From NCBI GenBank assembly GCA_965226055.1, contig CBDDCA010000001.1:1-40519 (forward strand): a stretch of DNA of 40,519 nucleotides, in the 5' to 3' direction. The translations under genes were made by a program, and so were the position numbers. This document shows, piece by piece, positions 29,255 through 39,064 of this stretch. The first letter of the stretch is position 1; each line of letters starts with the position of its first letter. The notes under the pieces are model-generated. The model saw only the letters and a list, made by a program, of their open reading frames with translations. It was not told the origin of the DNA and did no database searches. This DNA is from Spirochaetia bacterium (GTDB taxonomy: Bacteria; Spirochaetota; Spirochaetia; WTKD01; G963693115).

Positions 29255-29388
29255 ATGTATAGTATACTACTTTCTGCATATTTTTGATTGCAATGCAGAT
29301 TTAAGCACTTTCGGTTAGTAGTGGGAATTTCCAAAGTAAGATTGAAAACTTGATATTGGTTTATAAATATTAGAATCACTATTATCAG

Positions 29389-29535
29389 GTTATGGATCAG
29401 CCTTCTCTTCATCGTTGCTCTAACTCTCTCAAAACGGAAAGTCTTCCACTGCAGATTGTGGATCAGCCTTCTCTTCATCGTTGCTCCAACATTTCATAAC
29501 ATCACAATTATTACTATCAGGTTGTGGATCAGCCT
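29389..29535. repeat. Three copies of a motif at exact 66-bp spacing across the herA stop codon
   Basis: TGGATCAGCCT at 29393, 29459 and 29525. The first two copies share 33 of 36 nt. Confidence 0.85.
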
Positions 29536-31396
29536 CTTTTACTTTGAATAAAACAGGTAAGTTAGTCGCTGTACCAAAAATCAAAGCTCTCTGAGTTGGA
29601 ATAATAGGTAACATGTTGAGTATTGAATCAGAAACAAAAGAAGTCATATCTCTTATATATCTAAGATCGGTAGGATTTTGTATACGATGGATAATAAAAT
29701 TACTGCACTGAGACAAAACAGTTTCATTAATTTCAGATGGTCTTTGACTAGCTACCATTAAAAATAAACCATACTTTCTGGCTTCTTTTGCAATTCTTTC
29801 AAAAATTCTATAGGCTTCAAAAAAATATTCTTTTCCTTTGTTATTTGAAATATATCTATGAGCTTCATCTAAAATAAGATGAATAGGGTTTTCATTTCTA
29901 TTTTTTTGTTTTTTGACATATTCAAAAAATATTCTTGCTAGCACTGTAGAAATAACTTCTATCACTTCGTCATCAATATTATCAAAATTAATAATAGTAA
30001 TATTACTGTCTTTATCTATTAAATATTCAACATACTTTTCAACATTCATACTACTAGACGCTTTCTTTAAAAAATCAAATTCTTTTCTTCTAATAATTGA
30101 CTTCAATCTTGTAATAAGAGAAGAACAATGATCTTGAACATGTGTATTTCCATGAGCTTCCTCCCAATAGATAGCATGTTCAATATACTCCTTCAGTTCT
30201 GCTAATTTTCTTATTCTCACATCAGATTCTTCATTAAATTCATCTTCTAAACCTTTACCACTATCAATATTTTTACCATTTTCTAAACTTTTATTACCAT
30301 CAATTATATTCTTAAGACTACATACAAATTTTTTCTCATCTTCTTTATCGGAAAAATTTCCATATTGCGAACTATATCCTTTATCTATATTTTTATGTTC
30401 TTCTCCTAATTTTTCTTTCAAATTTTGTATTCTTTGATATTTTGGTATAGCAGGAGAATTACTAAAATAAAATGAATGCATTAAATACGCTACTATCCTT
30501 TTTAGAATACCCTCATCTTTACCACTTAAAGATAAAGCATTTCTTAAAACTGGAGCTTGTACCTTTGTACTTGCTTTTAATAGTAATTCCCACTCATCAA
30601 TAGTTAATAAATTTAAAGGTAAGAAAAATTCTTTTAATACAACTTTATTATTTTTATCTTTTAGTTCTTCATTTTCCTTCTTTAAAGATAAATATGTAAG
30701 TTTAATATCATGAATAGAAAACTCTGTCTTTTTATCAATAAATGCTTTTTTGTATTCTCCATTTATGTCAAAAATTATGAATTTAGAGTGTGGATATGAC
30801 TTTTTTTCATAAATACCCTGTAAGATTGCTGATATTGTACAACTTTTACCGCTTCCTGTACTTCCTAGCACTGCACTATGAAATCCAAAAAAATCATTTA
30901 TTTTTACTTTTACTCTATATTTTTCCATCAAAGTCCAATTTCCAATTTCTAATGATTTTTGAGTATCTTCTGATGTATCTTGAGTATTTTTTTCATTTCC
31001 AAATAATTGATCTAATTCGGTATCTTTTATATACAATACATCACTGTATAACATAGGATAATTAGAAACACCAAAATCAAATTTTCCATTTTCTAAAACA
31101 CCAATGGGAAATAACTCTAACTTTTTAATACTATTGACTTTGTTTATACTATCTTTGTTATTTTCAAAAGAATAAGTAATTTGTGTGTCTTTTTCTATAA
31201 TAGAAGAAATAGAAGCGACAATAAAGTTATTTTCAATACTTACTAAGACATATCCATTTAATCTAATAAATTGATACATATCTTCAAAACCTGTTACATT
31301 AAAACTATCAATATGACTTAATAGTTCAGCTTCCAGTTTATATGCATTGACCGATACAATCTTAGCAATACATCTTTCTTTTTTATCTTTAATCAT
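29429..31396 (-). CDS. herA: HerA/DUF87 ATPase of a Sir2-HerA antiphage system
   Basis: N-terminal HAS-barrel-like region, Walker A GSTGSGKS, Walker B LILDEAH, EARKYG and SQRPSE. Confidence 0.9.
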   Translation of the reverse strand: MIKDKKERCIAKIVSVNAYKLEAELLSHIDSFNVTGFEDMYQFIRLNGYVLVSIENNFIVASISSIIEKDTQITYSFENNKDSINKVNSIKKLELFPIGVLENGKFDFGVSNYPMLYSDVLYIKDTELDQLFGNEKNTQDTSEDTQKSLEIGNWTLMEKYRVKVKINDFFGFHSAVLGSTGSGKSCTISAILQGIYEKKSYPHSKFIIFDINGEYKKAFIDKKTEFSIHDIKLTYLSLKKENEELKDKNNKVVLKEFFLPLNLLTIDEWELLLKASTKVQAPVLRNALSLSGKDEGILKRIVAYLMHSFYFSNSPAIPKYQRIQNLKEKLGEEHKNIDKGYSSQYGNFSDKEDEKKFVCSLKNIIDGNKSLENGKNIDSGKGLEDEFNEESDVRIRKLAELKEYIEHAIYWEEAHGNTHVQDHCSSLITRLKSIIRRKEFDFLKKASSSMNVEKYVEYLIDKDSNITIINFDNIDDEVIEVISTVLARIFFEYVKKQKNRNENPIHLILDEAHRYISNNKGKEYFFEAYRIFERIAKEARKYGLFLMVASQRPSEINETVLSQCSNFIIHRIQNPTDLRYIRDMTSFVSDSILNMLPIIPTQRALIFGTATNLPVLFKVKEADPQPDSNNCDVMKCWSNDEEKADPQSAVEDFPF

Positions 31397-32585
31397 TTTT
31401 TCTATAATATTTTTTTAGAATATCTTCTAATTCTTTATCATCTTTATTTATTTCTAATAAAAAATGTTCAACAATATATTCAAATCCAGCTATATTCTTC
31501 CCTCCAGTATCATTTCCTTTTATTATCCATATTCTAGGATCATCTTTATTCTTCAATTTTTCAATTTCTGTATTCAATTCATCATGACAAAAAATGATGA
31601 GTCTAAATTTAGGAATACTTGCTAAAGCCTGATATATAATATTATTAATATGCTCATCAGCAAAGCTATATCCAATTACTACTAATACACTATCTTGCAT
31701 TAATATTTTTTTTTGAAATTCCCGAAATAAATCACTATACGGTGCCCCAAAACTATTGCTTTGCTTTAAGGGAGTAGGATATATCATCATATGATTATTT
31801 TCTTTACTAGAATTTTGTACTTCCTTTACTTTAAATAACTTATCATTATTTTCAATTTCTATCCAACTTACTGATCCATGTAATTTATATAAATACACAT
31901 AACTATCTATCACATTATATTTATGATTATCTATTCCTATTTGCTCTGCATATGCATAATCAAATGTAGAAGGGTTGAAATATCTATCAATAAACCCACT
32001 AAACCCATTACAATATATAATCCCTAAATCATCCATTGCTCTTTCATTAAATAAATCATAATTTGTAGTAAAAATATTAATTTTTTTAAGAGCTCTATCT
32101 CTGTACATTAATCTTCTATAAAACGAATTATATATCTCTAAAACCTTGTTATTGTTTTCTTTAGTATCAGTACACATAGTATATATTTTTTCTTTAATTT
32201 TTTTTATACACTCCTCAATACTTTTAAGTATATTTGCATCTGATCCAGTTGTCATTAAATAATCTTGAGCACTAAAAAGCAAGGATAACCAATCCTCCAC
32301 ATTTTCATTATTTGTTATATATTCTTTTACTGCTGTTGGTATTTCTGATGCTTTTAGGTTTAAATCGTTTAATATCTCTTTAGACATTCCTTGCATCGTG
32401 GGAATTGCAAGAGAAGAACATCCTGCTCCTAATAAAAAAGACAAATTTGAAGCTGGAAATATTTTAACTATCTCTTCTCGTATTAATTTTACTGGCTCTT
32501 TTTTTTCTGAAGATCCTCCAAAAGGACCTTCATTCTCTAGAATATTTTCTTTTCCTTTGTAAAAGGATAATGATAATTCACTCAC
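31389..32585 (-). CDS. SIR2-like (SIR2_2) NADase of a Sir2-HerA system
   Basis: LLGAGCS, FTTNYD, YKLHGS and IGYSFADEHIN motifs. Overlaps herA by 8 nt. Confidence 0.9.
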   Translation of the reverse strand: MSELSLSFYKGKENILENEGPFGGSSEKKEPVKLIREEIVKIFPASNLSFLLGAGCSSLAIPTMQGMSKEILNDLNLKASEIPTAVKEYITNNENVEDWLSLLFSAQDYLMTTGSDANILKSIEECIKKIKEKIYTMCTDTKENNNKVLEIYNSFYRRLMYRDRALKKINIFTTNYDLFNERAMDDLGIIYCNGFSGFIDRYFNPSTFDYAYAEQIGIDNHKYNVIDSYVYLYKLHGSVSWIEIENNDKLFKVKEVQNSSKENNHMMIYPTPLKQSNSFGAPYSDLFREFQKKILMQDSVLVVIGYSFADEHINNIIYQALASIPKFRLIIFCHDELNTEIEKLKNKDDPRIWIIKGNDTGGKNIAGFEYIVEHFLLEINKDDKELEDILKKYYRKND

Positions 32586-32731
32586 ACAAAAACCTCTCTA
32601 AATACTACTTAATAGTGACAAGCTAGACAAAACAATATATTCTATAATCAATTATAATACAAATTTTAAGGTTGAATTTCCACCCCTCAATCTTGACTAT
32701 TTGGCATACTTACAGGATAATAATAGTAACA

Positions 32732-33025
32732 ATGATAACAAAACAAGATGTTCATAACACAGCATCATTACTCAACATATCTATTAGTGAGCAAGAAGCC
32801 GAAACACTGCAAACATCTCTTGCAACACTTGTAGAGTATTTTCAAGTGATGGAAAAAGCACTTGAAACTGACCAAGCACCTACTACTACCACTCATGCTC
32901 CTATTGAAGAATCTACTGCACAGTATAGAGATGATCAAGCATATCCCTATCCTCATCCAGAATCACTCATTGAAAAAAGTGAAGAGCACGAAGAAAATTT
33001 TGTCATTGTTCCAAATATTTTATAA
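32732..33025 (+). CDS. gatC: Asp/Glu-tRNA amidotransferase subunit C
   Basis: MITKQDVHNTASLLNI, RDD and FVIVPNIL motifs; lies upstream of gatA. Confidence 0.85.
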   Translation: MITKQDVHNTASLLNISISEQEAETLQTSLATLVEYFQVMEKALETDQAPTTTTHAPIEESTAQYRDDQAYPYPHPESLIEKSEEHEENFVIVPNIL

Positions 33026-33027
33026 TA

Positions 33028-34494
33028 GTGACAATAAACAATATAATATATATGAAAGAATATTGGAAAAAACAGCTATCTTCGTCTCATATTGAAACAT
33101 ATACAAACGCTATAAAAGAGGTAAATGAGCATATCAATGCATTTGTAGTATGTAATACTCCCTCTGAAATTGTCGCTCCACAAGAACAAAGCAATGACAG
33201 TACTCAATCATCAGCTGCACTGAGCAATATTCCTTTTGCAATAAAATCAAATATAGCAGTACAGGGACACACAGTAAACTGTGCATCAGCACTTTTAGAG
33301 CATTTTAAGAGTCCTATTACTGCAAGTGCCGTACAATCTATTTTTAACAATGGAGCAAAATGTGTAGGGTTTACCAATATGGATGAATTTGGTATGGGTT
33401 CATCCACAGTACATAGTATATATGGAAGAACAAACAATCCTTGGGATCTGCAACGTAGTCCTGGAGGCTCCAGTGGAGGAACTGCTGCAGCAGTGAGTGC
33501 TGGCACAGTACCGTTTGCCTTAGGAAGCGACACTGGTGGCTCTATTCGTCAACCTGCTATGTTTTGTGGAGCATGGGGACTAAAGCCAAGCTATGGTGCA
33601 GTTTCGCGCTATGGACTTGTAGCATACTCTTCTTCACTTGATGTTATTGGAATCATCGCTGAAGATCCCTATTGGTTAGACACTGTATTTTCCGTTATGA
33701 AAGTACAAGAACGTGATGCACACGATGCAAGTTCCTTTTATCCTAAAACAGTTCCTTCCACTGAAGTAAAAAAAATAGCAGCATATATCCCTAAAAAAGA
33801 AGATATCACTGAGCAAATGTATCGTACAATGCAAGATGCCATGAAAGGCTATAGAAACGCGGGGTATGAGGTAGAAGAAATAGATCTTTCTATATTTGAG
33901 TATGCTCCCGCAGTGTATCTTACTATTAGTACTGCAGAAGCAAGTGCCAATCTTGCCCGTTTTGATGGTATTCGGTATGGAAACAGAGGAGGCTTTGCAG
34001 AAAATGCCAGCTCCCTTGTTCAAAACGCACGCAATCATGGCTTAGGAGAAGAAGTGAAACTTCGTATTATCACAGGGGGCTATGTATTACAATCAGGGTT
34101 TCAAGATCAATACTACACAAAGGCTTTATCGTTACGCAAACATATCCGCAAAACATTAGTGTCAATACTATCACACTACGATATGCTTATGTTGCCTGTG
34201 TTTCCTACACAAGCATTTTTATTTGAAGACAAAAACATGAACGATTTTGCCCAAAAAATAGGAGACACCTATTCGGTAGTAGCTAATTTATCAGGATTAC
34301 CAGCAATCTCTTGTCCTACAGGACTGTACGATCAGCTTCCTTCTGGCATACAGATGATAGGCCCCTACTATTCTGAAAAACGCTTGTGCAAATTTGCAGC
34401 AGATACTAAACATATTTTTGAACATCATCGTTCTGCCCATGCTCAAGCATTTTTTAAGAGAACATCACAACAAATACAAGGAGAATCTACATAA
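33028..34494 (+). CDS. gatA: Asp/Glu-tRNA amidotransferase subunit A
   Basis: NMDEFGMGSS, PGGSSGG, GSDTGGSIRQPA and NLARFDGIRYG. Start may be 33052. Confidence 0.95.
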   Translation: MTINNIIYMKEYWKKQLSSSHIETYTNAIKEVNEHINAFVVCNTPSEIVAPQEQSNDSTQSSAALSNIPFAIKSNIAVQGHTVNCASALLEHFKSPITASAVQSIFNNGAKCVGFTNMDEFGMGSSTVHSIYGRTNNPWDLQRSPGGSSGGTAAAVSAGTVPFALGSDTGGSIRQPAMFCGAWGLKPSYGAVSRYGLVAYSSSLDVIGIIAEDPYWLDTVFSVMKVQERDAHDASSFYPKTVPSTEVKKIAAYIPKKEDITEQMYRTMQDAMKGYRNAGYEVEEIDLSIFEYAPAVYLTISTAEASANLARFDGIRYGNRGGFAENASSLVQNARNHGLGEEVKLRIITGGYVLQSGFQDQYYTKALSLRKHIRKTLVSILSHYDMLMLPVFPTQAFLFEDKNMNDFAQKIGDTYSVVANLSGLPAISCPTGLYDQLPSGIQMIGPYYSEKRLCKFAADTKHIFEHHRSAHAQAFFKRTSQQIQGEST

Positions 34495-34521
34495 GCAATA
34501 TATGCTTATTGTTATACCATT

Positions 34522-35943
34522 ATGCAAGACTATGATGTATTTATAGGATTAGAAATTCATGTTCAGCTAAACACTCATTCTAAAATGTTTTGTTCCTGTC
34601 CTAATCATTTTGGAAAAATACAAAATACCAATGTTTGCCCCGTATGTTTAGGGTATCCTGGCATGCTGCCCATTCCAAACATGAAAGCCATAGAATATGC
34701 ATACAAAATTGCCCATGCCCTTCGTTGTACATTAGCTCCTACCGTTATCTTTGATAGAAAAAATTACTATTACCCTGATCTTCCAAAAAATTATCAAATA
34801 TCACAGTTTCATGAACCAATAGGAAGAAATGGTTATTTTGAGTACATACACAACGATAGCATTAAAACACTACGCATCCATGAAGCTCATCTTGAAGAAG
34901 ATGCAGGAAAACTTATACACAGCTCAGACAGTAGCTTTTGTGATTATAATCGCTCAGGCACACCACTCATGGAAATAGTAACTGAACCAGAAATTTATTC
35001 TGTGGCAGAGGCAGAAGAAATATTAAAACAATTTAGACGTTTAGTACGGTATCTTGATGTATGTGACGGCAACATGGAAGAAGGGTCTCTTCGTTGCGAT
35101 GCTAATATATCAATAAATCATACAGGAAAAGGATTAGGCACAAAAGTAGAAATAAAAAATGTTAATAGTTTTAAGTTTGTACGCTCTGCCTTAGAATACG
35201 AAATAGAACGCCAATACAAGCTATTACAGAACAATACGCCTATTGTACAAGAAACACGCTTATGGAATGAAAACAGAGATATGACCGAAAGCATGCGTAC
35301 AAAAGAAATTGCAGATGATTACCGTTATTTTCCTGAACCTGATATTACTCCACTTACATTACCTAAACGCTTCTTTGATGCATTAAAAGAAAATGAAGAA
35401 GAAAATCCTGCACATCGTTATATAAGAATACAAAAACTGTATAATCTTGAAAAAAATATACTTGATTTTTTTATTGAAGAAAAGTCATATATAGAATATT
35501 TTGAAACAGTCATACATAACGGTGTATCTCCTACATTAGTAGCGACATGGGGATCAGGAGATGTAAAAAAAATGTATAATAGACATAAAATTCCCTTTGC
35601 CGAAAAACCTCTTGATGCAAAAAGATTCTCTCAGTTACTATTACTCGTACAAGACGGTACTTTACATGGAAAACTTGCTAAAAATGTATTAGAAAAAATA
35701 TTTGAAGATGATCTTGATCCTGCTGAGATTATAGAAAAATACACACTGAAAGAAATAACACCTGAAGAGTTACATACAATCGTCAATACAGTACTGTCTC
35801 AACAAACAAACGCAGTACAACAATACAAAAACGGAGACACAAAACCATTTGGGTTTTTAATGGGAGAAGTTATGAAAGCAACAGCAGGTCGTGCTAACCC
35901 TGCCCAATTAAAAACTGAACTACAAAAAGCTCTCCAACAGTAA
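34522..35943 (+). CDS. gatB: Asp/Glu-tRNA amidotransferase subunit B
   Basis: IGLEIHVQL, RKNYYYPDLPKNYQISQ, HLEEDAGK, GSLRCDANIS and DYRYFPEPD. Confidence 0.97.
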   Translation: MQDYDVFIGLEIHVQLNTHSKMFCSCPNHFGKIQNTNVCPVCLGYPGMLPIPNMKAIEYAYKIAHALRCTLAPTVIFDRKNYYYPDLPKNYQISQFHEPIGRNGYFEYIHNDSIKTLRIHEAHLEEDAGKLIHSSDSSFCDYNRSGTPLMEIVTEPEIYSVAEAEEILKQFRRLVRYLDVCDGNMEEGSLRCDANISINHTGKGLGTKVEIKNVNSFKFVRSALEYEIERQYKLLQNNTPIVQETRLWNENRDMTESMRTKEIADDYRYFPEPDITPLTLPKRFFDALKENEEENPAHRYIRIQKLYNLEKNILDFFIEEKSYIEYFETVIHNGVSPTLVATWGSGDVKKMYNRHKIPFAEKPLDAKRFSQLLLLVQDGTLHGKLAKNVLEKIFEDDLDPAEIIEKYTLKEITPEELHTIVNTVLSQQTNAVQQYKNGDTKPFGFLMGEVMKATAGRANPAQLKTELQKALQQ

Positions 35944-35993
35944 ACAAGAGTACTTTCTTTTCTTTTTTACTTGTTCTTATTTTCTCATGTCTG

Positions 35994-37252
35994 CTACGAT
36001 TCAAACTTCTTAAACAAGACTGCTCCATTATGGCCACCAAACCCAAGTGTAGTAGATAATGCATACTCAACAGTATGAGAAACTCCTTTGTGTGGCACAT
36101 AGTCTAAATCACATTCTGGATCAGGAGTATCAAGATTGATAGTAGGTGGTACAAACTGATCTTCTATTGCTTTAATACACACAATAGATTCTATCGCTCC
36201 AGTAGCACCAATACAATGTCCAGTCATAGATTTTGTTGAGCTTACTTTTAATTTATAGGCATGTTCCTTAAACACTTCCTTAATGGCTCTTGTTTCTATT
36301 GGATCATTTGTAGAAGTAGATGTCCCATGAGCATTGATATAGTGTACTGCACTTCCATCAATACCAGCCATACGCAATACATCCTGCATTGCTTTCGTAA
36401 TACCCGAACCAAGCGGATCTGGGGCAGTATAATGATACGCATCATTTATATTTGAAAATCCCACCAATTCTGCCAGAATAGTAGCTCCTCGATCCTGTGC
36501 ATGCTCTAACGATTCAAGCGCAATCATAGCTGCACCTTCTGACATAACAAATCCATCTCTGTCTTTATCAAAAGGACGCGATGCTTTTTGTGGAGTATCA
36601 TTCCATTTTGTACTTAACGCATGCAATACATTAAAACTAGAAAAAACAAAGGGTACTATGGTAGCTTCCGAGCCACCTGCCAGCATAAAATCACAGTCTC
36701 CTACAATAATATGTCGTGCTGCTGATGCAATAGCGTCAGTACTTGACGAGCATGCAGTATTAACAGTGTAGTTAGGACCGCATAATGCCTTATATTTTAA
36801 TGCTACAGTAGAGCTTGCAGAGTTTGGAATAATTTTTGATATAGTCATAATAGGCACTCTGTTCCATCCTTTGTCCCTAAAAGTATAAGCTGCATCTAAA
36901 TAGCTCCCTGTTCCTCCAATGCCTACCCCTACAATACATCCCTGTCTATACTTATTCTTATCAGATAGCGGTATACCACTTTTTTCTATACATTCAATAG
37001 CAGCAGCACAGCTCATAACACTCATTCTGTCCATTTTTCGAATTTCTTTTTTTCAAGATATGATTCTGGGTTAAAGTTTTTTAGTTCCCCTCCATAATGA
37101 GTAGGGTTATCTTTCATATGTTCTAACACATGAGAGTTAAGTGTAGCAATGCCACTTTTTCCATTACGCAACGATTCCCACATTTCAGGAACACTGTTGC
37201 CTACTGGACACACAGATCCATATCCTGTTATCACCACTCTTCTTTTATTCAT
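35994..37252 (-). CDS. fabF: Beta-ketoacyl-ACP synthase II, split by a 1-nt frameshift at an A7 run
   Basis: RRVVITG, TACSSS, YINAHGTST, KSMTGH and GFGGHN. One extra A at 37047-37053 restores EKKEIRKMDR. Confidence 0.93.
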
Positions 37253-37260
37253 ATATCCTC

Positions 37261-38013
37261 CTACATGCCTCCAGAAACTACCAACACTTCACCAGTGATA
37301 TACCGAGCCATGTTAGAACATAAAAATATAACTGGATCAGCAATATCTTCTGCTTCCCCCATTCTTCCTAGAGGAATGGAATCTAATAATTTTTGTTTGT
37401 ACTCTTCATTTATTGCTACTGTCATATCAGTATGTATAAGACCAGGCGATACAACATTTACACGTACTCCTCGCTTTGCTATTTCTTTTGCAAGACTTTT
37501 AGTAAACCCAATAATCCCCGCCTTTGATGCAGCATAGTTTGACTGCCCAACATTTCCCGTTATTCCTACTATTGAACTTATATTGACTATACTTCCGCTT
37601 CTCTGCTTCAACATTATTTTTGATGCAACTTTACATGCAATAAATACACTACGCAGATTAGTCTGTATTACATCATCCCAATCGCTTTCTTGCAGCCCAA
37701 TAATGAGCTTATCTCGTGTAATACCAGCATTATTTACAAGAACATCCAAACTACCTGCTTTTGCAGTAAAGTCTTGTAAGGCTTGTGATAATACTACATT
37801 ATCAGTAACAGATCCTTCGTAATGCTGTACTGTTGCATTGTGCTGAGTAGCTAAGTGTAATAGCTCATCATGTTGTGGACTTATGTGTCGGGAAAAGTAT
37901 GCCAACTGAGAAACACCATTCAGTATACACTGTTTACAAATTGCAAACCCTATTCCCTTAGAACCACCTGTAATAAATGCTGTTTTATTCTGTAAAAGCA
38001 TTGTACCATCCAT
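37261..38013 (-). CDS. fabG: 3-oxoacyl-ACP reductase
   Basis: TGGSKGIG, NNAGITRD and NYAASKAG; located in the fab cluster. Confidence 0.93.
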   Translation of the reverse strand: MDGTMLLQNKTAFITGGSKGIGFAICKQCILNGVSQLAYFSRHISPQHDELLHLATQHNATVQHYEGSVTDNVVLSQALQDFTAKAGSLDVLVNNAGITRDKLIIGLQESDWDDVIQTNLRSVFIACKVASKIMLKQRSGSIVNISSIVGITGNVGQSNYAASKAGIIGFTKSLAKEIAKRGVRVNVVSPGLIHTDMTVAINEEYKQKLLDSIPLGRMGEAEDIADPVIFLCSNMARYITGEVLVVSGGM

Positions 38014-38040
38014 ATTTTTACATATTTGATATATAGTATA

Positions 38041-39003
38041 TCATAAAGAAATTATTTTTTCAAAATTATCTATTGAGGTTGCTTCAACAATAGACGCATC
38101 ATTTTTGCTTGCTTTCCATTGTTTCCATAATCCTGATAATACTGTTCCTGGACCTACTTCCAATACACGAGTAGGCTGTATATCGTTCCATAGAGACTCT
38201 TCTTCTGTAATCCATACTACAGGATGTATCAACTGATCAAGATACAACGCTTTTAGCTCCGCTCCTGTGCGTACCATTGCACCAGTAACATTGGAATAAA
38301 TAGGAATACATGGATCATTAAAGTGAATATCACTTATAATGCTCTCAAATTGAATACGAGCATCTTTCATAAATGGTGTATGAAACGCTCCTCCTACCTT
38401 TAAGGGAACGGATCTTTTTGCTCCTTTTTCTTTTAAGAACTCTGACGCTTGTTGTCTTGCTTTGAGCGTACCGCTAATAACTCCTTGCACGGGACTATTA
38501 TACATGGACACATACGCATGTTCTACTGCATTCTCTGTGAGTATATCATGTATACTGTCAGGATGCATCCCTAAAATAGCAGTCATTCCTAACTGTACTT
38601 CTTCGTCTTTTGAAAGATATTGTTCCTGCTTTTTACTTGCTTCTTCCATAATTTTTCCACGCTGTACTACCATACGAAACATATCCTCTTGATTCACTAC
38701 TTGTGCAAATACAAGGGCAGCATATTCACCTAAACTAAATCCAGCAACAGCATCAGGAATAATATCATGTTCTTGCAGTGCAAGTGCAGTTGCTATATTC
38801 ACTGCACTTATTGCTATTTGTGTATTCTCTGTCTTTTGAAGCTCTTCTGCACTTGATTCAAACAATAAAAAGGGAATATCTTTATGCACCATATCAGAAA
38901 CAGTAGTGAAAAAATCTTTTACTTTTTGAGAGTTATCAAAAAAATCTTTTCCCATACCTGGTTTTTGTGCTCCCTGACCGGGAAATAAAAATACAGTTTT
39001 CAT
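38041..39003 (-). CDS. fabD: Malonyl-CoA:ACP transacylase
   Basis: FPGQGAQ, GFSLGEY, GAFHT and EVGPG. Confidence 0.95.
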   Translation of the reverse strand: MKTVFLFPGQGAQKPGMGKDFFDNSQKVKDFFTTVSDMVHKDIPFLLFESSAEELQKTENTQIAISAVNIATALALQEHDIIPDAVAGFSLGEYAALVFAQVVNQEDMFRMVVQRGKIMEEASKKQEQYLSKDEEVQLGMTAILGMHPDSIHDILTENAVEHAYVSMYNSPVQGVISGTLKARQQASEFLKEKGAKRSVPLKVGGAFHTPFMKDARIQFESIISDIHFNDPCIPIYSNVTGAMVRTGAELKALYLDQLIHPVVWITEEESLWNDIQPTRVLEVGPGTVLSGLWKQWKASKNDASIVEATSIDNFEKIISL

Positions 39004-39064
39004 ATGTTCATTATAATACAGGATACAGCACTATGCAATTTTATATATAAGCATGGACATCATT

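Noticed and set aside
29236-29478. 80-aa ORF with a repeated MKRRLIHNL
   Set aside because: It is an alternative-frame reading of the 66-bp repeat that overlaps both neighbouring genes.
28457-32600. tRNA-Leu as the integration site of the Sir2-HerA island
   Set aside because: The island lies on the tRNA 5' side, and no duplicated tRNA end or integrase was seen.
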